A stretch of DNA of 62,270 nt, taken from Hyphochytrium catenoides (Eukaryota; Protista; Hyphochytriomycota). Both the position numbers and the translations under genes were made by a program. This document shows positions 50,718-62,270 of this stretch, piece after piece. Position 1 is the stretch's first letter; every line of letters begins with the position of its first letter. The notes beneath the pieces were generated by a model. That model was not told the DNA's origin. It made no database searches and saw only the letters and a list, made by a program, of their open reading frames with translations. The stretch lies in the NCBI GenBank assembly GCA_900088475.1, contig FLMG01001718.1, forward strand, positions 1-62,270, read 5' to 3'.

Positions 50718-53700
50718 ATGCCGCGACAAGAAGAGAAAGGTTCCTGCGGATTCCATCCAGCCTCTGTCCCTTCTGGTGGTGACAGCAGCTCCGGCAATGC
50801 AAACAGCCATGAATTGTCGAGAGCATTCTCAGGTAGGGGAATGAGTAGAGAACCCATTATCGCGCTATTTTTTCTCTCTCTCCCTCGTCCTCTTTGCTTT
50901 CTCTCCTCTCACCTGATACCTCTCTCATCTTCTTCCGGTAATTTTCTTCATTTCCACTCTCATCAGCCCATGTACCACTTCCTCGCTTGGAGCTTTTTGC
51001 GCTGTTATTTCTTCTCTTCTATAGAAGCACAGATTGATGGTTCTTTATACGTCTGATCTCAACCCGCTATGTTACTCATTATTGTATTCCTTCTTTGACA
51101 ATGTTTTTCCATTCCTCTTCTCTCCCCCCCGCCACCCATATCGAGAATTCTCTCTCTACTTTCATTGAGTGCTTGGCCCATCTCTCGTTTCTACGTATCG
51201 TTGCGCGGATACTTCTTCGACCACCTTGACTCTCTATATACTGCCGCTCGAGATTGATCTTAAACACGGTGTTCCATATTGACTACGCTATGATGCAGTT
51301 TTCAAAACCGGGCTTTCCACAACCCAACCCAACGACGATGGAACGACAGAGCAGAAAGTGGGCGACATTGAGGAGGAGAAAAAGAGAGATGAGTCTCTGC
51401 CGCCAAAGGCAGCATACAACCCAAAGATTCATAACAGGAAAAAGAGAAAGAGGGCACTCGTAATGGAGAAAAGTGGGGACGGCGGGGCCGCTGCTACTGC
51501 CTTCGATTTCCCTGATGACGATGGTGATCGCAACCGGAGAGACAAAAAGGTGACACAGACAAAGAATCCTTATAAGGGCCTAGGTAAGAAGCTTGCCTGC
51601 TGCAAAGTGCCCGGATGTACAAACATTCCGCGTCGCTTCTACTGCGATGCGCACCGGTTCAAAGGGTTCAGAGAATGCCGCCATCCAGGGTGCACCAAAA
51701 GCCAACAGGCGAAGGGCTTCTGCCGGGTGCATGGAGGAAAGCCTGACCCTTGCCTTTGGCAGAAGGGAGATGTACAACAAACTGGAAGTAAAGGAGGACG
51801 GGAGCACGTCGAAGACTGCTTATCACTAAGGGTAAGGAGAGGGCTGTGTATGTCGCACTATTCGAGAGCTCCTCAGTGCGACTTCGCGGCTTGTACGGGA
51901 AAGGCACTGGGCCACGCTCCTGCTCTTTGTTGGGAGCATCATCCCACCTTCCCCAGCCTCAAAAGGAGGTCTGGTCCGAAGCCTGGACACACGAAACGGC
52001 GCAAGCCCCCAGAGTCAAGTGCAGATGCAAGCGTGTATATAAACGATAGAGTTGGAGAGAGTGAGAGAAAGAAGAAAAAGAAAAAGGAAAATATCAAGCT
52101 GGGGACACCAAATTCTTCTCAGCTCTCCTCTCTCACTTGTGCCGAGAGCTCTTGTTCGGAAAGTGTAACAGAAGAAGGAGCTTACTGCTTACAGCACGAC
52201 GGAGGGGGCTGTCCAGTGAAAAGTGGAAGCTCAAAGGAAAAGAAGAAAATCAAAATGAAGAATAAGAAGCGAAAGCAGAGCAACCCGCTTCCAGCCGATC
52301 AGCAAGGGAAGATGGTCCAGCGTAGAGAAAACAAGGGAGATCCAAAAACTGAATCTTATGCAAAGGTTATGCCACCCTCAAGATTAGATGACCAGGTGAA
52401 TAGATGTGGGTCCGGACAGGAAGCGCCCTCACCTACTGCCTCCTCTCAGACTGGGCCATCAAGCACTTCAACACCTGCACCCCGTCAGCAGCGTCAGTAC
52501 TACTGCGCAGAGGAAGGCTGTAAGGAAGAGGTGGTCAAAGAGGGCCTCCTTTGTTTCCGGCACTCCGCTCTGGGAAGAAAGAGGCCGGGCAACAGTGAAA
52601 TAACAATTGTCTGCGCGGCTCCAGAGTGCACGATGGTGGCTACCTCTTGGGAAACCGGGCGGTGTCGGCTACATGGTCCCAAGGTTGTAACGGTATCAGG
52701 AATGCTCTGTGGGGTAGGAAATTGCAAGAGTGGGGCAGAGAAAGGCGGATTGTGTCTTGCCCATCACCTTGAAGGTCTTCCTCCTTGCTGTCCAGAACCT
52801 GGATGTACCAGAAGAGTGGCTGTCAAAGGACGGTGCCGCAAGCACTATCGAATTCACTGGGAAGCGCAAAGAACGCAGAAGAGACAAAAGGAAGAGGAGG
52901 AGAAGAGAGCTGCGCTAGTGACCGCTGGCAAAGTTGGGCATAGCCCTTCTACGCTAATGAAGAGAAAGAGAGGGAGGCCGCCCAAAGATGGCAACACTCC
53001 TGACATCACTACAGGTAGAAAACGAGGAAGACCACCCAAGAAAAAGGTTCCGGCTCCCGTTGCCTCGTCGCCAGTCAAGGAGGTGAACCCATTCGCTACA
53101 GAGGACGTAGCCGAGGAAGAAGGGCCTTTGCCATCTCTGGCTTCTCAACCGTCTTTTGAAGGAGATAAAGAGCGAGCTCTCACGCGACTAGAGTCAAAGA
53201 AGCTTCCCAGTAAGGGCAACAAGAATAGAAAGAAGCTGAAAAGACTTCTGGAAAAGAGACGACAAAATGCTCTAAAAAGTGATGGAAAGAAGACCTTGAA
53301 GCAGGATGGACAAGAGAGGCATAAAGAGCTTACGCGGAAGAAGAACAACAATGAGGATGATATGGTCAAGATCCCCGCCGACAAAATGGCAGTTTTGGGC
53401 TCGTTCTCTACTTGTCCACCAAAAACTATCGACGACGTTGCATTGGCCTTCAGTGTGAAGCTGGAGGAGGCAGAGCATATGACCGATCTTGCCAAGATCC
53501 TCCGCTCTGGTGATACGAGATTTCTTGGTTCTGAAGAAGTCAAGAAAGAAGAGAAAAAAAATATCACTCAGACACCTACCGCACGTGCTGTCCTTCCTGG
53601 TGTAGAAGCCCCAGCTACGACGAAGGACAACACGGGATCTCTCAAAGAATCTAACCTCTCTCCTGTCATGGAGAAGACTTCGTCATTGCCTTCTTGGAAA

Positions 53701-53982
53701 GGCAGCCTGAACCCTCCTTTGCCCTCAGTTCCTACTTCTTTATCTATTACTTCTGGACATAAGCCCATCCAGTTCGATGCGGGGATTGGAGATGGTCTGG
53801 GCCTCCGCAGCAGCACAAGTGATTGGACGCCCTGGGCTCTGGATGGCTATGACAGCGACGAGAGAACGTTGTTGGAAGAAGGACTTTCTGCTGTAGAAAG
53901 CAAGGCGGCATTAGATATTAGCGAGGGACTGACCACGCAGCGATTTCTTAGTTCCTTAGAAGGTGATCTTTTCTTTGCTTAA
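50718..53982 (+). CDS. Nuclear protein with nine Cx4C..Cx2H (WRKY19-like zinc-finger) repeats and two AT-hooks; 2 exons (intron about 50833-51298)
   Basis: An 874-codon ORF contains repeats such as CRHPGCTKSQQAKGFCRVHGG and CPEPGCTRRVAVKGRCRKH, plus KRKRGRPPK and RKRGRPPKK. The upstream exon MPRQEEKG... splices in frame. Confidence 0.8.
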
Positions 53983-56900
53983 CCAATAGTCAGCCTCTCT
54001 CCCAGAGAGTGTATCCCAAGTGGACTAATGGGGACTGGCGGAGTATTAGATAGCAAGAGACGTCCCAACGATAAACTCTCTCTCTCAAAAAAGATGAGTA
54101 AGAGCTGCCATAAGGGTACTAGCAGGATTGAATGGGACCACCAGCCACTGCTCCCACATTCTATAACCTTATGTGGCCCCGACCGTGGTGGGTAAGTCGG
54201 CCTCAACCCTCCTCGTTGCCACCTAAAGACGAGAAGACTCAGCCAAATCAACGCGAGTATTGTCCCCTCCAACTCTGCAAGATGAGAAGCAGCGGCCTCT
54301 TCAACACAGCGTATGCTGATGCTGAGCAGGAAAAACGTCGAAGGACTTACGAGAGACAAGAGGGAGATGCAAGGTACTGGCGACAACGTTTAGCCTCTTA
54401 AAACCAAGATCTCTACTCTATCATTGACGGGTACCAGAGATGACATGGATAATCATGAACGCTGATTAATAATGATGGAGGAAGAAGAAACTGCCTGATA
54501 GATATCACATGTTGTGACAAGTGGACAACGCAGCCATTCTAGTCAAGAGACAGCGCTGCTCAACCGTTTTTGAATAACCCCTCTTGACCTTTGAACGCTA
54601 GATCATGGTCGCCGTCGTCGCTACTTGGGACACATTTTGTTGCGTCATCGCTTACTAGTCACTGGATGATCTAGTGCGGCGAGGGCGAAACAAGAGTAAT
54701 GAAAAGGAGAGAGGGAGAGAAGGGGGAGACGACAAGTGCCGCAAAGCTATTCCTCTGTGTAGTTCCTCGATCGCTTATAGAGCGTAGTAGGATGGCGAGC
54801 CTCCCGGCGGTCCCAACGCCCCAGGATTATTGGCCCGCTCAGGACTGCCTCTGAGCGTGTGCAAGCCGTCAGTAGTGAGCTTTTTTAATAACGTTGACTG
54901 AACACTGCTTTCATCAACGGCGCTACTGCCCCACTCTCGTGCCTATCCATGTGCAAGAAGAAATGAATGGGACAGTAGTGGTGACATGCTCCATTATGAT
55001 AATTTTCTCTACATAGCGAAGAGGCAGCACTGAGGGTTATACTATCCATCAGGCTGAGCGCCACATGGACAAAGATTGAACCAAAACGAAGAGACAAAGA
55101 AAAAGAAACTGTTGCACAGGTACCGGCGATTGATAGTGGAAGAAGAAGAGATGACTGATAAAGAAAAATAAATGGAAGGGGGAAGAAAGAGAGAAGGCAG
55201 AGCACTGTCTTCTCCTACGATGGCTAATCTTATAGGAAGCATATCACTTCTTCTGCTTAGCACGTGGTTCCGATACTGGGACCTGCCGCTGTGCAACAGC
55301 AAACAAGAATGAATAATGAGATCGAAAGTCGTTCATTATGTCAGCGTTATTGTTCAACGAAGTCTTTCTTTCTCGTACCTACTCCTAGGGCTTCAATGGA
55401 GGCCGACCCTGCCAAGGAGCCTCGACGATAACGACTCCTTGATGGTTCTGAAGAAGCTCTGCGGCAGCATTTATTTCTCTGTTCGACTTGAAGCTGATGA
55501 AGAAAGCGCGGGCATGGTGCCGCTATTCTATCTGCAGCAGCAGATGACTGGGAACGGTCGTCGGTGGTGGTCGGTCGATGTCTGCAGAGCAACCTTTATC
55601 GACAACAATGACAACAACAGCATCGAAGCTTGGAGGAACCCGCTGGAGAAGAAGAATCGTCGTGGGCATATCGAGCTGCCCAAAGTCGATCTAGGGGGTA
55701 ATATAAGTGAGGAGACGTAGGTAGAGAATGAGCTCATAGACGGTCTTATAAAGAAGCGGTAGTACCTTGTAACATCAACTTCAACTGGTCGTTACTAGCG
55801 CTCATCAGCGACCACCTAAGTTGTCATGGTCTCTATTGGTCTCTGGGTGCCTAAGCAAAGCTAAGGCAATCATGGAGTTGAAGGAGACTCGGGAAAGCAC
55901 AGAGAGCTCTTCTTCTTCTTTGCAGGTTGAGCTGACAAAGAAGCCAAGTGTCCCTCTGCAAAGCACTACTACCGAAGAAGATCAACGACAAAGACTACTG
56001 GTGGTGTGCTTCTTCCTTCTTAGTACAGCTCTTCTAACAACCTCATCAACAGTTAGTCTTTTGTTGCTTCCAGTTATACAGAAGCAACCCCAGCAGTCTA
56101 TAGGGCCGTTCTTCTATTATTGCTTACGCTCTTTGTCGATCTTCCGTTGTGCTTTGCAGACTGACTTTTGGCTTTGGCAGCACAGTCGACAAAAACTCTG
56201 CAGAAAAAGAAGAAGAGCTTTCTTCTGTGCTTCTTCTGGCGTCTTCTTCTCAACAAGATAACCCTAGCCCTCCTGTGCCGGCTATCCGTGTCACAGACCG
56301 AGTCTGACCGCTCGTTCTGCTTCTTGAATAGCTTGGTTGGTTCAGAGAGAACAACCTCGTCTGAATCAGCGCTAACAAAAAAGTATCGTCCCTTTCTTTC
56401 TGTAGGATCTTGCAAAAAGAAGAACGGTAGAAAGAGCGGAGGAAGAGGAGCGACGGAGATGACGACATCCATGGAAGCCGAAGAAGAAGATTGTGTGCGC
56501 TAAGAGTATGCAGCGTTTGACGTAAGATCACATTGTGTGTCTTAGTATTAGCGGTGTGACCACCACTATGCTGACTTTGTAAATAAGAAGTACTTCCTTC
56601 CTGCTGCTTATTATGATGATGATGGTTGCCAAACGTGGACCATAATGCCATCATACACCACTACGTCCAAGAAACATCTTCCTGCTTCTTCGAATATGAC
56701 GATGTATGGGTTATTAAACTGAGTGCTACCCCTTCTTCTCCTCTATAACTTTTCAGGCGACCCACTACTACTAGAACGGAACCACCGTGGTTAGACAGCG
56801 AGGTTTTTCGCGTAGAGATCTCGTATCTCCCTTCTTGCTTGCACTGTTAAGCCCATCATTATTGTCATATATCTCATCACCTCCTGGCTCATCATAAGAT

Positions 56901-59201
56901 CATCAAGTCTATGATTGGTAGTTGCCACGTGGCACCCACATCCGCCGTTAGTCGATTGTCGCAGCCGACGAGCGAGTAAGAAGAACAACGCAAAAGCAGC
57001 AAAAGGAAGGAAGCACGACAGAATGATGAAGTGACAATGATGGCAGCAGGACTCAGCGCTTGAAGAAGAATGAGTAGATCCTTCTTCCTTGTTGTTGAAC
57101 AACAAACGACATGCATAATAGTAGGGAGCTCACTAACATCTAAGGGCAAGAGAGACAGGGCGAGAGATAGTAGTATGAAACCCTTTCGATGTCCCCTTGC
57201 TGCTCTTTGATGATGGACTTGAAAGGGAAGGAAGAGACGAAAAGGAAGAAAAATCTTCTATTAAAAAAGCAATAATAAGCCAATAATGTAGTACCTGTGA
57301 ATGCTCCAGTTAGAGATATAATCTTAGCCCGGTAGTTGTCGCAAGGCTGCGCTGTCTTCTGCGCTACCATCTCTCTTAGCCTCATAATTTACTAAGCGGC
57401 CCGCTTCCTCTTGCTTTGCTAATGTTCACTGCTCCTTTCTATAGGAGGTGGCACTTCCTGAATCAGGCTACCCTCCTGTCTCATTCAGAATAGGAGAACA
57501 ATGGCAGAGTCCTTTCTCTTTACTCTCACTTGTTGATAGAACGGTTCCCGAGCTAATGAGACGCTCCCTACTGCTCACTGGTGCGGCCATCATGCTTCTC
57601 GGCGTATTGAAAGAGGAAGGAAAATCAAGGGACCTTTTGTCACAGAGGAGGGAACAAGGATTACAAGCAGCATAGGTGTCGTGATCTCCCTTCGCTGCCT
57701 TCTTTCTAGAACAGAAGACAGCAACGAGGAAAATCTCAGACATTGTTTCGCAGGGCCATCTCTCGTGAATCTCCACAATAAGATGCACATAATGTCACTT
57801 CTCTGTTGGGCGACGTGAAGAACCAGCTAGCGCTGAAGAAGAATCTCTCATATTAACCATGGCAGGTTGCGACCAAAGACCGAGAAGACCATCTACTTTG
57901 CTACTATTATTACGTAATGATGATTCTTCAACGTAGACGATTCCTTTATTTGCACAAAAGACCATAAGGTTAGATCCTGCTCTACTACCCTGACTCACGC
58001 CATACCACTAGGGCGAGAGATCTGGTCTCCCTTATTGTACTACCCTCTCGGTAGGTACATGTCCGACTGTGATCTTCATATGGCAGTGGATGACGATAGG
58101 TCTCGTGGGTCGGCTGTTGTTCACCTTTCATGGCCTACTCTCACTCAATATTGCTGCCTGGTCGCAGCAATAGAGTCCTTCCATTGGCACTCATAAGTAA
58201 GGAGTGATATTATATAAACTAAAGACCTTTGGCACCATCTGAAACCTCGGATCGTCGGTAGGGTCTAGAAGAAGGCCTGACCACTTGGTCAATTGAATCC
58301 AATCTTGCTTGCTTAGCTTTTCAAATGCTGCCATTTTCCCAAGATGCATTTCTCCTCGTTCCGCCACACGCGCACGATTCTAACCAAGATGGAAGAGAGG
58401 CAAGAAGCATGACAGCTTCCATCTCCCAAACAAGCAGCAACGGCATCAAAGTATCTCACCATCCAGAACAGGCAGAGCCATCTCATCATCATCGAGCGAC
58501 TTCACGCCAGGAACCAGATAGCATGAAGAAGAGAGCGACGCAAAAAGAAGGGCATGTCCAATTCTTAGGTGCGAGGAGCCCATCGTCCTGAGAGTGGCCG
58601 ATGAGGAGGCTGCCTTGGGTCCTGCAGGCGGCGAACAGAGGCCACAACGGAGAATCTGACACATGAAAAAGAATCCAACCTTGCCGATGACACCGACGAC
58701 AAGGACATAGAGAAGATTCCGATGAACAAAAAAACAGACAACAACAGGCGTTCTCATCCTGATATAGTCGGTATTTTTGCTTACTACCAGCAGCAAAACT
58801 ACTCCGAATGCTTGTAAGACCCCTCAACAAAGCTATAGTGACACTACGAGTATAGTGACAAGAGGTGCTTATGGTTCTGACATTGTCGGATATTAATGTC
58901 TACTCCAATCACTGTACACGCGAACCGTCAGGCCCTCAATCAGTAAAAAGATTTTTGTGAGGTTTGGCGGTGTATGTACATCTACCATATTCTGTATATG
59001 GGCCCTTTCTATTCCTTATGGACGCTGTGTTTTCAATGTTTCTATAGAATCAGGCTGGTACTGGGTCAACAAAGAGAAAGTCGAACAGAAGAAATTTCCC
59101 CGTCCATCCCAACATCTTTAGTTTGCAAGAACCCGTTTCTTACAAGATCCCACCTCTAATTGGCCAACTGGACCATCTTTCTCCCATCCAGCCGCTCATG
59201 T

Positions 59202-59206
<5 letters not shown>

Positions 59207-59258
<52 letters not shown>
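59207..59258. repeat. (CT)n microsatellite
   Basis: Perfect CT run of about 50 nt. Confidence 0.95.
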
Positions 59259-59260
<2 letters not shown>

Positions 59261-60277
59261 TCTCTCCTCTATCTTACTTTTCATCTCTCTCGCTCTCTCT
59301 CTCTCTCGCTCTTTGTCACTCTCTCTCTATTCTCTTCTCTCTCTTTCTTTTCATCTCTCTTAGGTCTTCCCCTTTGCTCTGTCTGCTTTTATCAAGGTGG
59401 TGACTTGTAATCTTGTCCACCAGAAGCCTCGACACTTCAGCCACCGAGGTTCTATCCAACCGAACCTGTCCAAGGGTCTTTTTTCAGGCAGCGACAGAGA
59501 AGAGAGGATGCACCTCTGGCGAGTAGCGAAGGCGCTTACCTCAATGGAAGCCAGGGTCGTGCAGGAAGGGTAGGTTCTTAGAGAAGGGGGCAATGTAGCG
59601 GGCCGACCTTTCTCTCTCTCTCCCTAGCTCCTGCCCATAAGCGGCCCAATGAGAGGAATCAAGGAATAGGAAATGGACGCCGAGGAAGAGTGGCGCCAGC
59701 ACCAGTTCGCTCTTCTATCATTTTCCGGGACGGAGCAGCTGCACGAATGTCGCCTATTCTGGCGCTTGTGTACAGGACTGACCGCCATTGTACGCAGAAG
59801 GCGACAAAGAATCAACTACGAGCAGCCGCTGCTCCTGAAAGACCCTCTCAACTCATCGAGTTGATTCGTACTTATGTTCAGCTCTCTGGTCAGAAGAGCC
59901 GCCTCTAAGAAAAGAAACTCTGTCTCACTGCTTACATTATCTTCGGTTCTCGTCTACTAGCAGCGACATACACCTAGGAAGGCTTAACAAGTGGGACAGC
60001 TACAAATCTTCTAGACTCTGCTCCGAAGTTCTCATGCCCTTATGCGCTAAAAGCGTAGGTACCGAACAAGCGCCGTGACGAGGAAGAGACGAAGGAAGAA
60101 CAGTTCGTTCTTCTCCTCCTCCGTCTATGCTTATTGGATCCCAGTCTAACATAAGGTAAACCATAGGCTTTGCTTCCTGCCCTGTTTCCCGGGCCCATTG
60201 TATCTTCCAATCTTCTGACTCCACTTGTAACGTTGGATCGTTTCCGCCGTCACTCCCTGCCAGAGATCTGCTCAGTC

Positions 60278-60284
60278 TATAAAT
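60278..60284 (+). promoter_or_regulatory. Putative TATA box of the GPR1/FUN34/YaaH gene
   Basis: TATAAAT about 145 nt upstream of the ATG; motif match only. Confidence 0.35.
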
Positions 60285-60424
60285 CGCGCTCTAGAGCCTA
60301 AAGCAACGACAAACCTACCTCTTGGTCGGCCCGGTCCTTACTCGAAAGAAACCTCATAAATAAGCGCAAACATTAGCGAAGATTAAAGACCTAGAAGGTC
60401 AGCGCGGATAGACCATCAAGAAAT

Positions 60425-61306
60425 ATGTTGGGAACCAACAATATGACCAACACGACGACGGCGACGGACGGTACCGGTGCTGCTCCTCTTCATCACCACC
60501 ACCATAACCATCACACAGGAGCCACTGGGATGACGGGAGGCCCAGGGATGACTGGAGCTGGTGAGGATGTCTATCGTCTTGAGACAGACAGAGAGAACAA
60601 ATACGCTGCAGCTCCTCATACCACTATCTTCCTGAAGCCCATCGCGGCTCCATCGGCCCTTGGGCTGGCGAGTTATGCTGGTGGAACGTTCGTTGTAGCC
60701 TCCTGGCTTGCAATGTGGTGGGGTGGGACCGGTTCTGTTATCTTCATGTGGCCCTTCGTCTTTGTTTACGGGGGCTTGGCCCAGATCCTGGCAGGAATGT
60801 GGGCCTACAACGCTCGTGATACGCTAGCAACCGTGTTTCACACCACATGGGGCAGCTTCTTGCTAAGCATCAGTCTTCTCTGGGCCTTCCAAGCAGCAAA
60901 CACTGTCCCACTCTTCGACCAGTATGAGAGGAACTCCTTTTTGGGCTCCTGGATGGTCAGTTTGGCCGTCATAACTCTGGTGTGCTCCCTTGCCGCAATG
61001 GTCAGGGATCTTGTGACCGCTTTGACACTGCTTCTACTCGGCGTGGGCTGCATCTTTGCCGCTATTGGCTGGTATGCACCATCCAAAGCTTGCCTCGTTA
61101 TTGCTGGATACTTGTGGTTGGTGTCCTGTCTGACTGCCGTAGGACGAATGGCTGCTCATCTGCTGGTGGAAGCTTTCCCTGGCCGATATTCACATGGTAC
61201 CAAGGACATGATGCCCAGAATGAGGAACGTGCACCGCAATGCAATGTATGAACAAGGCTGGAAGGACGGCAGCAACGAGCCGGGCGTGGTGAAGGGTAAC
61301 CTATAA
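60425..61306 (+). CDS. GPR1/FUN34/YaaH (SatP) family acetate/carboxylate transporter, intronless
   Basis: 293-aa ORF with six hydrophobic helices, IAAPSALGL (variant of the NPAPLGL signature), YGGLAQILAGMW and TWGSF. Confidence 0.9.
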   Translation: MLGTNNMTNTTTATDGTGAAPLHHHHHNHHTGATGMTGGPGMTGAGEDVYRLETDRENKYAAAPHTTIFLKPIAAPSALGLASYAGGTFVVASWLAMWWGGTGSVIFMWPFVFVYGGLAQILAGMWAYNARDTLATVFHTTWGSFLLSISLLWAFQAANTVPLFDQYERNSFLGSWMVSLAVITLVCSLAAMVRDLVTALTLLLLGVGCIFAAIGWYAPSKACLVIAGYLWLVSCLTAVGRMAAHLLVEAFPGRYSHGTKDMMPRMRNVHRNAMYEQGWKDGSNEPGVVKGNL

Positions 61307-62131
61307 ACCCATGGCATTGCCTCCGCCGCTTCACTTGATAAGCCCTTCCCGTCTGCTCGCCCTAGATTCTATGTTCAGCAAATGAGTAAAGGGAAGAACA
61401 ATGTCACCTCGTAGTAGGTTAGCTTAATGCCACCTGGCACCCGCCTTTTTGCATGATAATCTAAACAGAATCCTTATTTTCAAAAAGCTTACAGGAGAGA
61501 ACTGATGATGCCTTGTCTCTCCCATTCCCACCTCCATCTCCGTGTCCTCGTTCTCTCGCTCATCAATTCCCTTTCTATTTACAATGAGGATAGGAAGTTA
61601 TCCTCATCTTGACCTCACACGTAGCTGGAGGTGCCCTCCAAGTTGACAGCCCAAGCGACATTGCGAGAACGATATGATGGCAAAAGAAGGCATGATGACC
61701 TTCGACGACGACATCTATTGGCACTAGCCACCGCTCCTCCACTACCTAACCATGGCGGTGCCTAATAACCAACCCATCCTCTTGTCTGACTAATGAAGAT
61801 TCGTCGTCTTCAGCTGTCTGTCCTTGCTTCTGTCGACCAAAGGATGGTGCTGAAGAAAAGGAGTCACATTATTAGCAGTCTTGTCTCCTTGAGTTGCGTT
61901 GTCCATACATTTATTATGGTAATAAGAAGAGGTCTGTCTCTCCCTTTATTGAGAGAACCAGAGATTTGGACCGATCTTCCTAGCGGTCCCTAGAGACAAG
62001 TTGAAGTAAACGGAGTTCCGTTGTGTTTGTAGTTGTCGTAACGCACAGCATTCAGTAGATTAGCCATTCAGAGATAGATGTTGGTGCTTGGGGACGAATT
62101 CCGACCAGATAATATTCCGCTCCTTGAAGTC

Positions 62132-62216
62132 CTACACGTACAACTTGCTGTAGTTGTTGGTGTAGTTCGCCAGAGGGACTGTGACAGGATCAGAGGAATG
62201 CAGAAATCGCGCAGAA
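62132..62216 (-). CDS. Probable terminal exon of a gene extending beyond the right edge
   Basis: A CT-rich tract and CAG acceptor precede the open frame SARFLHSSDPVTVPLANYTNNYSKLYV*. No family recognised. Confidence 0.45.
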
Positions 62217-62270
62217 CTGTGGAGCAGACCAAGAAGAGAGTGAGAGTGAGAGAGAGAGAGAGAGAGAGGG

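Noticed and set aside
1-62270. Alternative genetic code or stop-codon reassignment
   Set aside because: Conserved genes splice into open frames under the standard code and end in TAA, TAG or TGA.

Overview
This is gene-dense nuclear DNA from an intron-rich microbial eukaryote. It is tentatively stramenopile-like, inferred only from the Rab18 sequence style and WRKY19-type CCCH repeats. The standard genetic code fits all spliced models. Hand-splicing supports 12 complete genes: a conserved small membrane protein, Rab18, signal peptide peptidase SppA, gamma-butyrobetaine/trimethyllysine dioxygenase, Rsm22/METTL17, an orphan acidic protein, twinfilin, a divergent SAPS/PPP6R-like protein fused to a PH domain, a 7TM-RGS protein, PRP40, CDC50/LEM3, and a CCCH-repeat plus AT-hook protein. 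There is also an intronless GPR1/FUN34/YaaH transporter and the last exon of a gene running off the right edge. I found no rRNA, tRNA, CRISPR array, or recognisable transposon or virus, and no single unmistakable new multi-gene system. The best leads are: (i) a recurrent intron architecture with a 5' purine (AG) block and a 3' pyrimidine (CT) block that could pair; (ii) a 7TM-RGS whose GAP residues are degenerate; (iii) the SAPS-PH fusion; (iv) Pol II CTD-like/reverse-PPxY repeats in PRP40; (v) a possibly bacterial-derived intronless YaaH gene; (vi) an alternative CDC50 C-terminus. All exon boundaries are manual predictions without transcript evidence.
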